Assembly (NCBI GenBank): GCA_964562165.1
Contig: CAZLRZ010000004.1
Span: 1-41,261 of the forward strand
Direction: 5' to 3'
DNA from: an uncultured Candidatus Saccharibacteria bacterium
GTDB lineage: Bacteria; Patescibacteriota; Dojkabacteria; B142; OLB20
DNA: 41,261 nt
Under the pieces are notes generated by a model. That model had not been told where the DNA came from. It did no database searches and was given only the letters and a program-made list of their open reading frames with translations. A program made the position numbers and the translations under genes. The stretch's first letter is position 1. Every line of letters starts with the position of its first letter. Below are positions 1-7,557 of this stretch, in pieces.

Positions 1-268
1 TAATCATAGCTTCGGTTGAATCAAAGTCAGAAATCACCCCATCAGCCATAGGCTTTACAGCAACAATGTTTGCCGGAGTTCTCCCTATCATTCTTTTTGC
101 ATCCACACCAACAGCTAAAACTTTTTTCGTGTTTTTATTCACAGCAACAACAGAGGGCTCGTTTATGACAACACCCTGCCCTCTTACGGATACGAGGGTA
201 GTAGATGTACCTAAATCAATACCAATATCGTGGGTGAACAGTGATAAAAATTTATCAAAAACTTGCAT
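1..268 (-). CDS. mreB: Rod-shape actin-like protein MreB, N-terminal 89 codons only (gene runs off the left edge)
   Basis: Reverse-strand translation from ATG (266-268) gives [65 protein letters not shown]. This is the canonical MreB N-terminus with the DLGT phosphate-1 motif. It is absent from the ORF track because it is truncated; the listed + ORF 66..284 is its antisense shadow. Confidence 0.85.
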   Translation of the reverse strand, partial: MQVFDKFLSLFTHDIGIDLGTSTTLVSVRGQGVVINEPSVVAVNKNTKKVLAVGVDAKRMIGRTPANIVAVKPMADGVISDFDSTEAMI

Positions 269-345
269 TTATGGGTCGTGTTAAACTTACTAATTGTAGC
301 ACTAGAGTTGCAAAATTGTATAGTAAAACCAGACGATTGACTAAA

Positions 346-374
346 TTGGAATTAATATAAAATAATGCTATACT
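346..374 (+). promoter_or_regulatory. sigma70-like promoter candidate (TTGGAA, 17 nt, TGcTATACT extended -10)
   Basis: Read directly: TTGGAA at 346-351, TG at 366-367, TATACT at 369-374. Confidence 0.35.
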
Positions 375-380
375 TTAACT

Positions 381-540
381 GCCCTATCTTGTAATTAGAA
401 TAAGATATATTGAACTTTACAAGCAAATTTTAGGGTAGCCAATATCTCATTAAGACCGTCGTGTTTTAATGCTGAGGTTACCATTCTTACTTGAAGACGG
501 TTTCAAGTACTTATTCGAAAGCCTGATAGGGTTTTTTTGC
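381..540 (+). ncRNA. Candidate ~155-nt structured small RNA, class unknown
   Basis: It lies between its own promoter-like site (346-374) and a T7 run (534-540) that directly abuts the tRNA promoter. GCCCTATC (381-388) pairs with GATAGGGT (525-532). There is a hairpin CTTGTAA (388-394) / TTACAAG (417-423). AGACCGTC / GACGGTTT and CTTGAA / TTCAAG are mutually exclusive alternative helices. There is no ORF. Confidence 0.25.
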
Positions 541-569
541 TTGATTAATGTAAGGATATCATTTAAAAT
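541..569 (+). promoter_or_regulatory. Promoter candidate for the tRNA cluster (TTGATT, 17 nt, TAAAAT)
   Basis: TTGATT at 541-546 and TAAAAT at 564-569, about 22 nt upstream of tRNA-Thr. Confidence 0.4.
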
Positions 570-591
570 TGTCTGACTAATTAAGGTTTTG

Positions 592-667
592 GCTGGGATA
601 GCTCAGTTGGTAGAGCACACCCTTGGTAAGGGTGAGGTCAAGAGTTCGATCCTCTTTTCCAGCTCCA
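592..667 (+). tRNA. tRNA-Thr (anticodon GGT), CCA encoded
   Basis: Hand-folded cloverleaf: acceptor GCTGGGA/TTCCAGC, D arm GCTC..GAGC, anticodon stem CACCC/GGGTG with loop TTGGTAA, T arm AAGAG-TTCGATC-CTCTT. Confidence 0.9.
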
Positions 668-697
668 TTAATTGAGCAAGGAGATTTTTGTAAGTTC

Positions 698-780
698 GCA
701 AGGGTGGCAGAGCGGTCAAATGCTCCAGACTGTAAATCTGGCGTCGAGAGACTACGGGGGTTCAAATCCCTCCCCTTGCA
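698..780 (+). tRNA. tRNA-Tyr (anticodon GTA), long variable arm
   Basis: Acceptor GCAAGGG/CCCTTGC, anticodon loop ACTGTAAATCT context, T loop TTCAAAT, 83 nt with a class II variable arm. Confidence 0.85.
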
Positions 781-785
781 AAATT

Positions 786-858
786 GCCGAGATAGCTCAG
801 TTGGTAGAGCAACGGTTTTGTAAACCGTCGGTCAAGAGTTCGAGCCTCTTTCTCGGCT
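786..858 (+). tRNA. tRNA-Thr (anticodon TGT)
   Basis: Acceptor GCCGAGA/TCTCGGC, anticodon stem ACGGT/ACCGT with loop TTTGTAA, T arm AAGAG-TTCGAGC-CTCTT. Confidence 0.9.
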
Positions 859-899
859 TATTTTAAGATTATTAAAAATTTTTTATTAATTAAATTGCT

Positions 900-1067
900 A
901 TGGCAAAAAAAGGAAATCGTATCCTGATCAGGTTAAGAAACAAAGAAACCGGATCTTTTTATACAACAAGTAAAAATAGAATAAACTCTAAGGATAAGTT
1001 AAAGATCAAGAAATTTGATCCAAAACTAAAGAAACATATAATGTTTGATGAGGACAAGGTAAAATAA
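900..1067 (+). CDS. rpmG: 50S ribosomal protein L33
   Basis: A 55-aa ORF below the ORF-track cutoff: MAKKGNRILIRLRNKETGSFYTTSKNRINSKDKLKIKKFDPKLKKHIMFDEDKVK. It has typical L33 sequence and the classic position before tRNA-Trp and secE. Confidence 0.85.
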   Translation: MAKKGNRILIRLRNKETGSFYTTSKNRINSKDKLKIKKFDPKLKKHIMFDEDKVK

Positions 1068-1119
1068 GCGCAGGGTTAACGATTAAGGTTCGACCTCACT
1101 AGACAGAACGGGATTATGA

Positions 1120-1191
1120 AGAGCCATGGTGTCAGTGGTAGCACAGCGGTCTCCAAAACCGTTAGCAGAGGTTCGAATCCTCTTGGCTCTG
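1120..1191 (+). tRNA. tRNA-Trp (anticodon CCA)
   Basis: Acceptor AGAGCCA/TGGCTCT, anticodon loop CTCCAAA, T arm AGAGG-TTCGAAT-CCTCT, 72 nt. Confidence 0.85.
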
Positions 1192-1241
1192 TATTTAATA
1201 AAACCTTTAATTATTAAAGGTTTGTTGCTATAATAACAAAC

Positions 1242-1451
1242 ATGATTATTATTAAGTCAATTAAAAAATTCTTTAATTTTTTACGTTCCGCTTTAGGTGA
1301 GTTGAAGTTTGTTACCTTCCCCACAAAAGCAGAAACATTAAAATTAGGAACTATAGTCTTAGGAGTATCTGCAGTTTTTGGATTGGGCCTCTACCTAATC
1401 GATTGGCTGTTCCAGGTCTTAAGAAACTTACTAACTAGTGTAAATATTTAA
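1242..1451 (+). CDS. secE: Preprotein translocase subunit SecE
   Basis: 69 aa with a single C-terminal TM helix (LGTIVLGVSAVFGLGLYLIDWLF). Conserved position between tRNA-Trp and nusG. Confidence 0.8.
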   Translation: MIIIKSIKKFFNFLRSALGELKFVTFPTKAETLKLGTIVLGVSAVFGLGLYLIDWLFQVLRNLLTSVNI

Positions 1452-1452
1452 A

Positions 1453-2019
1453 ATGAAAAAAGATCAAAAAAAATTAGAAGATTCGGCTGTAAAAGAGAAC
1501 TTCAATTGGTATGTTGTGAATGCCTACTCTGGTCACGAAAAAAGAGTTGCAACACAAATTTTACAAAGAACTAAAGCAAACAATCTAGAAGATGTTATAA
1601 AAGAAGTGTTGGTTCCAACGCAAAATAAGATCGTAGTCAGTGAAGGCAAAAAAAGAACCGTTGAAGAAAAGACATTCCCAGGATATGTTTTAGTTAAGAT
1701 GATTATGAATGATCAAACATGGCAAATCATCAGAAATACCGAAGGAGTTACAGGATTTGTCGGAACAGAAAGAAAACCTACACCATTAAACCCAGATGAA
1801 GTAAAAAGTATTCTAGCTTACATGAAGGTTGAACAACCATCCTATCAAGCCTCTTTTGCAGTCGGCGACGCTGTCAAAGTTACGGATGGACCTTTCAAGG
1901 ATTTCGTTGGATCTATCTCTGAGATTAACGAAGATAAAGGTCAAGTTAAAGTTCTACTTTCTGTGTTTGGTCGCGAAACACCAGTAATATTAGACTTCTT
2001 AAAAATTACTCGATTATAA
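1453..2019 (+). CDS. nusG: Transcription termination/antitermination factor NusG
   Basis: WYVVNAYSGHEKRV NGN start, FPGYVLVKM motif, and a C-terminal KOW (GDAVKVTDGPFKDFVGSISEI). Confidence 0.92.
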   Translation: MKKDQKKLEDSAVKENFNWYVVNAYSGHEKRVATQILQRTKANNLEDVIKEVLVPTQNKIVVSEGKKRTVEEKTFPGYVLVKMIMNDQTWQIIRNTEGVTGFVGTERKPTPLNPDEVKSILAYMKVEQPSYQASFAVGDAVKVTDGPFKDFVGSISEINEDKGQVKVLLSVFGRETPVILDFLKITRL

Positions 2020-2037
2020 ATTTAAACATTATTAATT

Positions 2038-2469
2038 ATGGCTAAAGAAAAAAAAATCAAAGCTATTTTAAAGCTTGCGATTGAAGCAGGAAGAGCTACA
2101 CCAGCCCCTCCAATCGGTCCAGCACTAGGACAACATGGTGTTAACATTCAAGAGTTTGTTACTCAGTATAATGACAAGACAAGAGATAAAATGGGAGATG
2201 TTATTCCATGTATCTTAACAATATTTGAGGATAGAACTTTTACTATCGAGTTAAAAACTCCACCTGTAACCAACCTTTTATTAAAATCAGTCGGTCTTAA
2301 AAAAGGTTCCGCAAAACCAAACTTGGTTAAAGTAGGAAAAGTTACCAGAGCACAGATCAAAGATATAGCCGAAAAGAAAATGGCTGATATCAATGCTATT
2401 AGCATGGAATCTGCTATGAAAATAGTTGAAGGCTCCGCAAAAAGCTTAGGCTTAACTGTTGTTGATTAA
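2038..2469 (+). CDS. rplK: 50S ribosomal protein L11
   Basis: The sequence KLAIEAGRATPAPPIGPALGQHGVNIQEF is typical L11. Confidence 0.95.
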   Translation: MAKEKKIKAILKLAIEAGRATPAPPIGPALGQHGVNIQEFVTQYNDKTRDKMGDVIPCILTIFEDRTFTIELKTPPVTNLLLKSVGLKKGSAKPNLVKVGKVTRAQIKDIAEKKMADINAISMESAMKIVEGSAKSLGLTVVD

Positions 2470-2487
2470 TTTGTTATAACATTTTTG

Positions 2488-3168
2488 ATGAAAAGATCTA
2501 AAAAATACCAATCAGTCTTATCAAATATTGATAAGTCTAAAAAATACTCCCCTACTGATGCTTTAAATTTAATGCCAAAGCTATCTTTAACAAAATTTGC
2601 AGGTAGCATCAGCATTCAACTTTTTTTGAATTTAAATGAAAAACAGAAAAAGGATTCAATTCGAGGCTCATATACCTTGCCAAATACTTTTGGCAAATCT
2701 TTAAAAGTTTTAGCAGTTGTAGATAAAGCCGATTTAGAAAAGGCAAAAGATGCAGATATAGTCGGTGGCGAAGAATTGTTCAAAGACATCGAATCCGGTA
2801 AATTAGAATTCGACCTAGTTTTAACAACCCCTATGATGATGGGCAAATTAGCTAAACTAGGCAAAACTTTAGGCTCAAGAGGCTTAATGCCAAATCCTAA
2901 AAATGGAACCATTTCAACCAATTTAAGCGAAAGTATTAAAAAGTTCAAACAAGGAATGAAAAACTTTAAATCGGTTAATGGCGCACCAATTACAGCAGTT
3001 ATTGGTAAATCGGATATGACAAGTGAACAGCTACAAGAAAACTTAAATGCTTTTGTAAAAGCTGTAAGTAATGAAACTAAGAAGTACTCTACTACTCCTA
3101 TTAAAAGAGCTATTTTGACCACAACAATGGGGCCAAAAGTTGAACTAGATGCCAATTACTTGGTCTAA
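2488..3168 (+). CDS. rplA: 50S ribosomal protein L1
   Basis: L1-like sequence (GSRGLMPNPKNGT). The first codon of the track ORF at 2485 is TTG; the ATG at 2488 is the likelier start. Confidence 0.9.
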   Translation: MKRSKKYQSVLSNIDKSKKYSPTDALNLMPKLSLTKFAGSISIQLFLNLNEKQKKDSIRGSYTLPNTFGKSLKVLAVVDKADLEKAKDADIVGGEELFKDIESGKLEFDLVLTTPMMMGKLAKLGKTLGSRGLMPNPKNGTISTNLSESIKKFKQGMKNFKSVNGAPITAVIGKSDMTSEQLQENLNAFVKAVSNETKKYSTTPIKRAILTTTMGPKVELDANYLV

Positions 3169-3343
3169 ACTTGGGAAATTGACAAAATAATAGTATTAGG
3201 TTAGAATTACTAAGTTTTCGTTTAAGACAATAGGCTTTCGTTTTTTGAAATAAGACCTATCGAGACGGATACAGTTAAACTCATAGAATTATGTATTTAT
3301 ACTGTGCCGACTCGTTCGGCACATTTTTTTATTTAATTTAAAT
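3169..3343 (+). promoter_or_regulatory. rplJ (L10) leader with terminator/attenuator-like hairpin
   Basis: A 175-nt untranslated gap before rplJ. Hairpin GTGCCGA (3304-3310) / TCGGCAC (3316-3322) is followed by ATTTTTTT (3323-3330). An autoregulatory L10 leader at this position is established for many bacteria. Confidence 0.5.
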
Positions 3344-3871
3344 ATGTCAAAAACCAAAAATCAGAAAAAGGAGTTGATGACTGAATATGCAGAAAAGCTC
3401 AAGGCACAACCTAACTTTTTTGTTGTAAAACCTCTTGGAATTAATCCAAATGAGGCTACCGCAATGAAAAAAGAATTGGGTGCACTTGGATCAAGCTACA
3501 ATTTAGTCAAAAATACTATCTTTGTGATTGCTATGAAAGAAGCTGGTTTCCCACTTACTGATCTAGGGGATGGTCAACATTCTATAGTCTTTTCAAGTGA
3601 GAAAATAAGTGAAACAGCAAAAATCATTAGTAAGTTCACAAAAGCAAAAGACAAAGATCGTCTTGAGGTAATCGGTGGCGTATACAATATGACATCCATT
3701 TCCCCAGCAGAGGTAAAAGCTCTAGCAGATCTTCCAAGCAAGGACGTTTTGATTGCTCAACTATTAAGTGTAATGGTTGGTCCAGTCAGAAATTTCATGT
3801 TTGTGTTAAAAGGAAATATGCAAGAATTTGTATATTTACTTAATTCAATTCAAGAGAAAAAAGCTGTTTAA
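3344..3871 (+). CDS. rplJ: 50S ribosomal protein L10
   Basis: Position between rplA and rplL, with L10-like sequence. Confidence 0.9.
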   Translation: MSKTKNQKKELMTEYAEKLKAQPNFFVVKPLGINPNEATAMKKELGALGSSYNLVKNTIFVIAMKEAGFPLTDLGDGQHSIVFSSEKISETAKIISKFTKAKDKDRLEVIGGVYNMTSISPAEVKALADLPSKDVLIAQLLSVMVGPVRNFMFVLKGNMQEFVYLLNSIQEKKAV

Positions 3872-3916
3872 ACAGCATTCAATTAATTTTAATTTAATTT
3901 ATTTATAAAAACTAAA

Positions 3917-4315
3917 ATGGCAGACGATAAAAAAATCGAATTATCTGGTGATTCTGCAAAAATCGCAGAAATGCTAGAAAAAATGACAGCATTAGAACTT
4001 TCTCAATTAGTAAAAGCTCTAGAAGAAAAGTTCGGTGTCTCAGCAAGTGCTCCAGTAGCAGCAGCAGCAGCTCCAGTAGCAGCAGCAGCTTCAGAAGAAG
4101 AGAAATCTTCATTCAACTTAGAATTGACTGAAACTGGCGCAAATAAAATTGCAGTCATTAAAATTGTCAAAAACGTCACAGGTTTAGGCTTAAAAGAAGC
4201 CAAAGACTTAGTTGATGGTGCTCCTAAGATTGTCAAAGAAGACATGAAAAAGGAAGATGCAGAAGCTTTAAAGAAAGAATTAGAAGAAGCTGGTGCAAAA
4301 GTAACTTTAAAATAA
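3917..4315 (+). CDS. rplL: 50S ribosomal protein L7/L12
   Basis: Ala/Pro hinge ([15 protein letters not shown]) and C-terminal domain [37 protein letters not shown]. Confidence 0.95.
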   Translation: MADDKKIELSGDSAKIAEMLEKMTALELSQLVKALEEKFGVSASAPVAAAAAPVAAAASEEEKSSFNLELTETGANKIAVIKIVKNVTGLGLKEAKDLVDGAPKIVKEDMKKEDAEALKKELEEAGAKVTLK

Positions 4316-4339
4316 TAAGTTACAATTTCCAAGAAATTA

Positions 4340-4375
4340 AACCCTCCCCTATTTTTGTGGGAGGGTTTTGTTTTA
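4340..4375 (+). terminator. Rho-independent terminator after rplL
   Basis: 9-bp stem AACCCTCCC (4340-4348) / GGGAGGGTT (4359-4367), followed by TTGTTTT. Confidence 0.8.
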
Positions 4376-4418
4376 AAAGGAATTAAGATATATAATATTT
4401 TTTAGTTAAAAACAAAAG

Positions 4419-5099
4419 ATGATAGATATTTTTATCAATAGCGGGCTGGATAAAGGCGCAATTATAACTTTGTTGTTATTGCCGGTAGTTGTTACTTTAA
4501 TTGCCTTTGCCAGACATATTCTAGGGATGAGGTCGCTTGGCATCTATTTGTCTTTTGTAATCACCTTTATTTTCTTTCAATTGGGAGTTACTTCTACAGA
4601 GTTCCCTTACTACTCGGATCCACTTATAGGTTTTAAATACGGCCTCCCAATGATTTTAGTTGTTTTTTCTGCAACTTTGCTTTGTTATTTATTAATAAAA
4701 AAATTAGGACTACATTATTATCCAAAGCTTGCAATTGTTTCGACGGGCGTTACTGTTATACTTATTGCTGTGACAATGATCCTGGGTTTGCTTGGCTTTA
4801 AAAACTTCTTAAAAATTGATATTTTTACCCTAGTCTTAATTGTTGCTATCACAGAAAAATATTTCTCAATTTTAGCCAGAAAAAATTTAAAAACTACCAT
4901 TTTTATCACCCTAGAGAGCATAATGCTTGCAGGGATCAGTTACTTAATAATATGTATCCGCCCTCTAATTGATTTATTACTTCAATATCCATACGTAATT
5001 TTAATTCTCTTTCCTGTTAATTATTTAATTGGAAGGTTTACGGGCCTTAGATTAAGCGAATATTTGAGATTCTGGGACATTTTAACTGAGAAAGATTAA
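4419..5099 (+). CDS. Seven-TM membrane protein resembling the 7TM module that accompanies RimK-related ATP-grasp ligases
   Basis: I count seven hydrophobic helices. The N-terminal stretch LLPVVVTLIAFARHILGMRSLGIY matches my memory of the 7TM domain normally fused to an inactive transglutaminase. It ends 5 nt before the ATP-grasp gene. Confidence 0.55.
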   Translation: MIDIFINSGLDKGAIITLLLLPVVVTLIAFARHILGMRSLGIYLSFVITFIFFQLGVTSTEFPYYSDPLIGFKYGLPMILVVFSATLLCYLLIKKLGLHYYPKLAIVSTGVTVILIAVTMILGLLGFKNFLKIDIFTLVLIVAITEKYFSILARKNLKTTIFITLESIMLAGISYLIICIRPLIDLLLQYPYVILILFPVNYLIGRFTGLRLSEYLRFWDILTEKD

Positions 5100-5104
5100 T
5101 AAGA

Positions 5105-6535
5105 ATGTTTAAAACCCTCTCTTTATTATTAAAAAACAGACGAAAAGTCCTTGGAATGAATGAAAGGAACTTGGATTATATTCGTAAATACAATAAGAGC
5201 AAGAATATTGAAATTGCCGACAACAAAATCCTTACTAAAGAAGTCTTAATGAAAGCAGGAATTCCAACTCCTAATTTAATTACTGTAATAAAATCTTATC
5301 AGGAATTAAATAATTTTGACTTCTCTACCCTTCCTCCTTCGTTCGTTCTAAAGCCTGTTACAGGGCTTGAAGGCGGTGGCATCGATTTGTTTTATAATCA
5401 AGATAAAAACGGAGCATGGATTAGGGCCGATAAATCAAAGGCCACAATTGACCAATTAAAAAAACAAATCGCAGACATTCTTGACGGCAAGTATTCTCTC
5501 AATCAAACACCGGATTTTGCCCTTTTTGAAGAGAGGATAAAAACCCATAAAGTCTTTAAATACTATACATATAAAGGGACTCCAGATATCAGAATAATAA
5601 CCATAAGTGGGGTTCCAGCAATGGCATTCTTAAGAATACCTACAAAGGAATCTAAAGGAAAAGCCAATTTAGCACTAGGTGCGGTTGCCACAGGAATAGA
5701 CATAGCAAATGGAGTAACCACCTTTGCTATTCAGGGCAAGCACGGATACATCCAAAATGTTCCAGGGACAAAAATCCCTTTAAGTGGATTAAGGATTCCT
5801 TACTGGGATAGGATTCTTCGCTACTCAATTGAAGCGCAAAAATCTTCCGGGCTCAATTATCTTGCGGTAGATTTCTTAATAGATAGAGATCTAGGCCCAG
5901 TGATAGTTGAACTTAACGCACGCCCAGGCCTTTCGATTCAGCTTGCTAATAAAGATGGTTTAAGATGGAGAATTAAGAAAACTAGAGATATTAAAGTTAC
6001 GTCAGTTGAAAAAGGTATTAACCTCGCTAAATATCTATTCGGAGGTGAAATTGAGAATGAAATTGAAGGTATTTCAGGAAAAGATGTTATAGGAATTTAT
6101 GAAAATATTAGTTTAATAACCCCCAAAGACGAAGAATTGAAAACAATAGCTAAAATTGACACAGGAGCTGATTCCACATCAATCGATCGTAAATATGCCG
6201 AACAGTTAGGCTTTAAAGATATAGTAAATGAATTTGATGATTTGAACTTACCTGTAAATATCGAACGAAACAAAGGAATAGCCTTGATGAAAGAGCTTGC
6301 CGAAAAATTAGTCCCTAAATACCAAGGTAGATTGGTAGATGTATCCTTTATTAAATCTAGTCACGGAACAACTTTAAGACCCTGTGTTTCTATAAAGCTA
6401 AAAATCAAAGATACTACCTTTGAAACCAACGCTAATATACTAGACAGAAGTAACCTTACATATTCTGTAATCGTAGGGAGAAAATCACTCTCAAGATTCT
6501 TAATTGATCCTTCTAAAAAGCAAAATAATAAGTAA
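5105..6535 (+). CDS. alpha-L-glutamate-ligase-related (RimK-related) ATP-grasp enzyme fused to a C-terminal retropepsin-like domain
   Basis: The N-terminus VLGMNERNLDYIRKYN is typical of the RimK-related ligase family. ATP-grasp features are FVLKPVTGLEGGGI, DIRIITISGVP and VELNARPGLSIQ. The C-terminal ~130 aa carry IAKIDTGADSTSID (an aspartyl-protease D-T-G-A signature), as in the protease-like domain found beside RimK. Confidence 0.7.
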   Translation: MFKTLSLLLKNRRKVLGMNERNLDYIRKYNKSKNIEIADNKILTKEVLMKAGIPTPNLITVIKSYQELNNFDFSTLPPSFVLKPVTGLEGGGIDLFYNQDKNGAWIRADKSKATIDQLKKQIADILDGKYSLNQTPDFALFEERIKTHKVFKYYTYKGTPDIRIITISGVPAMAFLRIPTKESKGKANLALGAVATGIDIANGVTTFAIQGKHGYIQNVPGTKIPLSGLRIPYWDRILRYSIEAQKSSGLNYLAVDFLIDRDLGPVIVELNARPGLSIQLANKDGLRWRIKKTRDIKVTSVEKGINLAKYLFGGEIENEIEGISGKDVIGIYENISLITPKDEELKTIAKIDTGADSTSIDRKYAEQLGFKDIVNEFDDLNLPVNIERNKGIALMKELAEKLVPKYQGRLVDVSFIKSSHGTTLRPCVSIKLKIKDTTFETNANILDRSNLTYSVIVGRKSLSRFLIDPSKKQNNK

Positions 6536-6540
6536 TCTTA

Positions 6541-7539
6541 TTATTTCATTAAAACTCTTTGAATATTTTCAATATTATCGAGGGCAATCATAATTCCTTT
6601 AATAACAGCCCACTCGGGCTCTTCAACTACGTGAAAAGATACCCCCACAGCCTTTGTGAACAAATCGTCAATATTTCTTAATTTGACGGTTCCTCCGGTT
6701 AATACTATTCCCCTATCAATGATATCCGAAGACAGCTCGGGAGGTGTTCTTTCAAGGACTTCTTTTATGGAATTTATCATTTCGTTAAGAACCGGTCTAA
6801 ACCCCTCAACAATATCGTTTGAATTTAAGTCGATAGTTGTAGGCATTCCCGAAGTTCCATCTCTACCCCTAACCTCCATTGTTAAAGGCTCTTCCATTGG
6901 CATTGCTGATCCAATTTGGATTTTAATTTTTTCGGCCATTTGTTCTCCAATTACTAAGCCCGTTTTCTTTCTAATATGTACTACTAAAGCTTCGTTTAGA
7001 GCATCTCCAGCAATCCTTTTAGATTCAAACGTAACTATACCGTTTAATGACAGTACTGCAATTTCACAAGTTCCTCCGCCTATACTCACAATCATATTGC
7101 CTGATGATGCCCCTATTGGTAAATTTGCGCCAATTGCTGCAGCGATAGGTTCGGGAATCAAATAGACTTTTCCGGCTCCAGCCTGAACACTGGCTTCAAT
7201 TACTGCTCTTTCTTCTACCGAGGTTATTCCGGCAGGAACGCTAATCATAACTTCAGGCTTGAAGAAACGCATTCGCCCTAGAACCTTTTCCATTAAATGG
7301 GTAATTAACATTTCGGTAAGCTTGTAACTAGCAATAACACCCTGCCTGATTGGCAATCTTGCTTCAATATCAATGGGAACTTTACCCAACATACCTTTAG
7401 CCTCTGCTCCTATTGCAACTACTTTTTTATCTCTTGTGGAAATTGCTACAACTGTAGGTTCGGAATAGATATTATTCTTGCCTGCTATTGCAATTACTGA
7501 ATTTGATGTACCAAGATCGAGGCCAACTTTAGTAGGCAT
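6541..7539 (-). CDS. Divergent MreB-like actin-fold protein (second paralog in the window)
   Basis: GLDLGTSNS phosphate-1 motif, EPTVVAI, VPAGITSVEERAV, LIPEPIAAAIGA, SIGGGTCEIAV, IVLTGGT. It is full length (332 aa). Confidence 0.85.
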   Translation of the reverse strand: MPTKVGLDLGTSNSVIAIAGKNNIYSEPTVVAISTRDKKVVAIGAEAKGMLGKVPIDIEARLPIRQGVIASYKLTEMLITHLMEKVLGRMRFFKPEVMISVPAGITSVEERAVIEASVQAGAGKVYLIPEPIAAAIGANLPIGASSGNMIVSIGGGTCEIAVLSLNGIVTFESKRIAGDALNEALVVHIRKKTGLVIGEQMAEKIKIQIGSAMPMEEPLTMEVRGRDGTSGMPTTIDLNSNDIVEGFRPVLNEMINSIKEVLERTPPELSSDIIDRGIVLTGGTVKLRNIDDLFTKAVGVSFHVVEEPEWAVIKGIMIALDNIENIQRVLMK

Positions 7540-7557
7540 TTTGAAAAAATTGAACTA

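Noticed and set aside
66-284. 72-aa plus-strand ORF at the left edge.
   Set aside because: It is antisense to a clear MreB N-terminus on the minus strand, and its low-complexity hydrophobic translation has no start context.
623-866. ORFs 623..823 and 672..866 (+) and 577..765 (-).
   Set aside because: They lie entirely over three well-folding tRNA genes and are translation artefacts of structured RNA.
2616-3155. Long antisense ORFs inside real genes, e.g. 2616..3155, 6656..7165, 4003..4332, 24195..24605, 26339..26779, 25913..26251, 30244..30549 and 28798..29013.
   Set aside because: Each is fully nested opposite a confidently identified CDS and translates to low-complexity sequence. They are shadow ORFs typical of biased composition.
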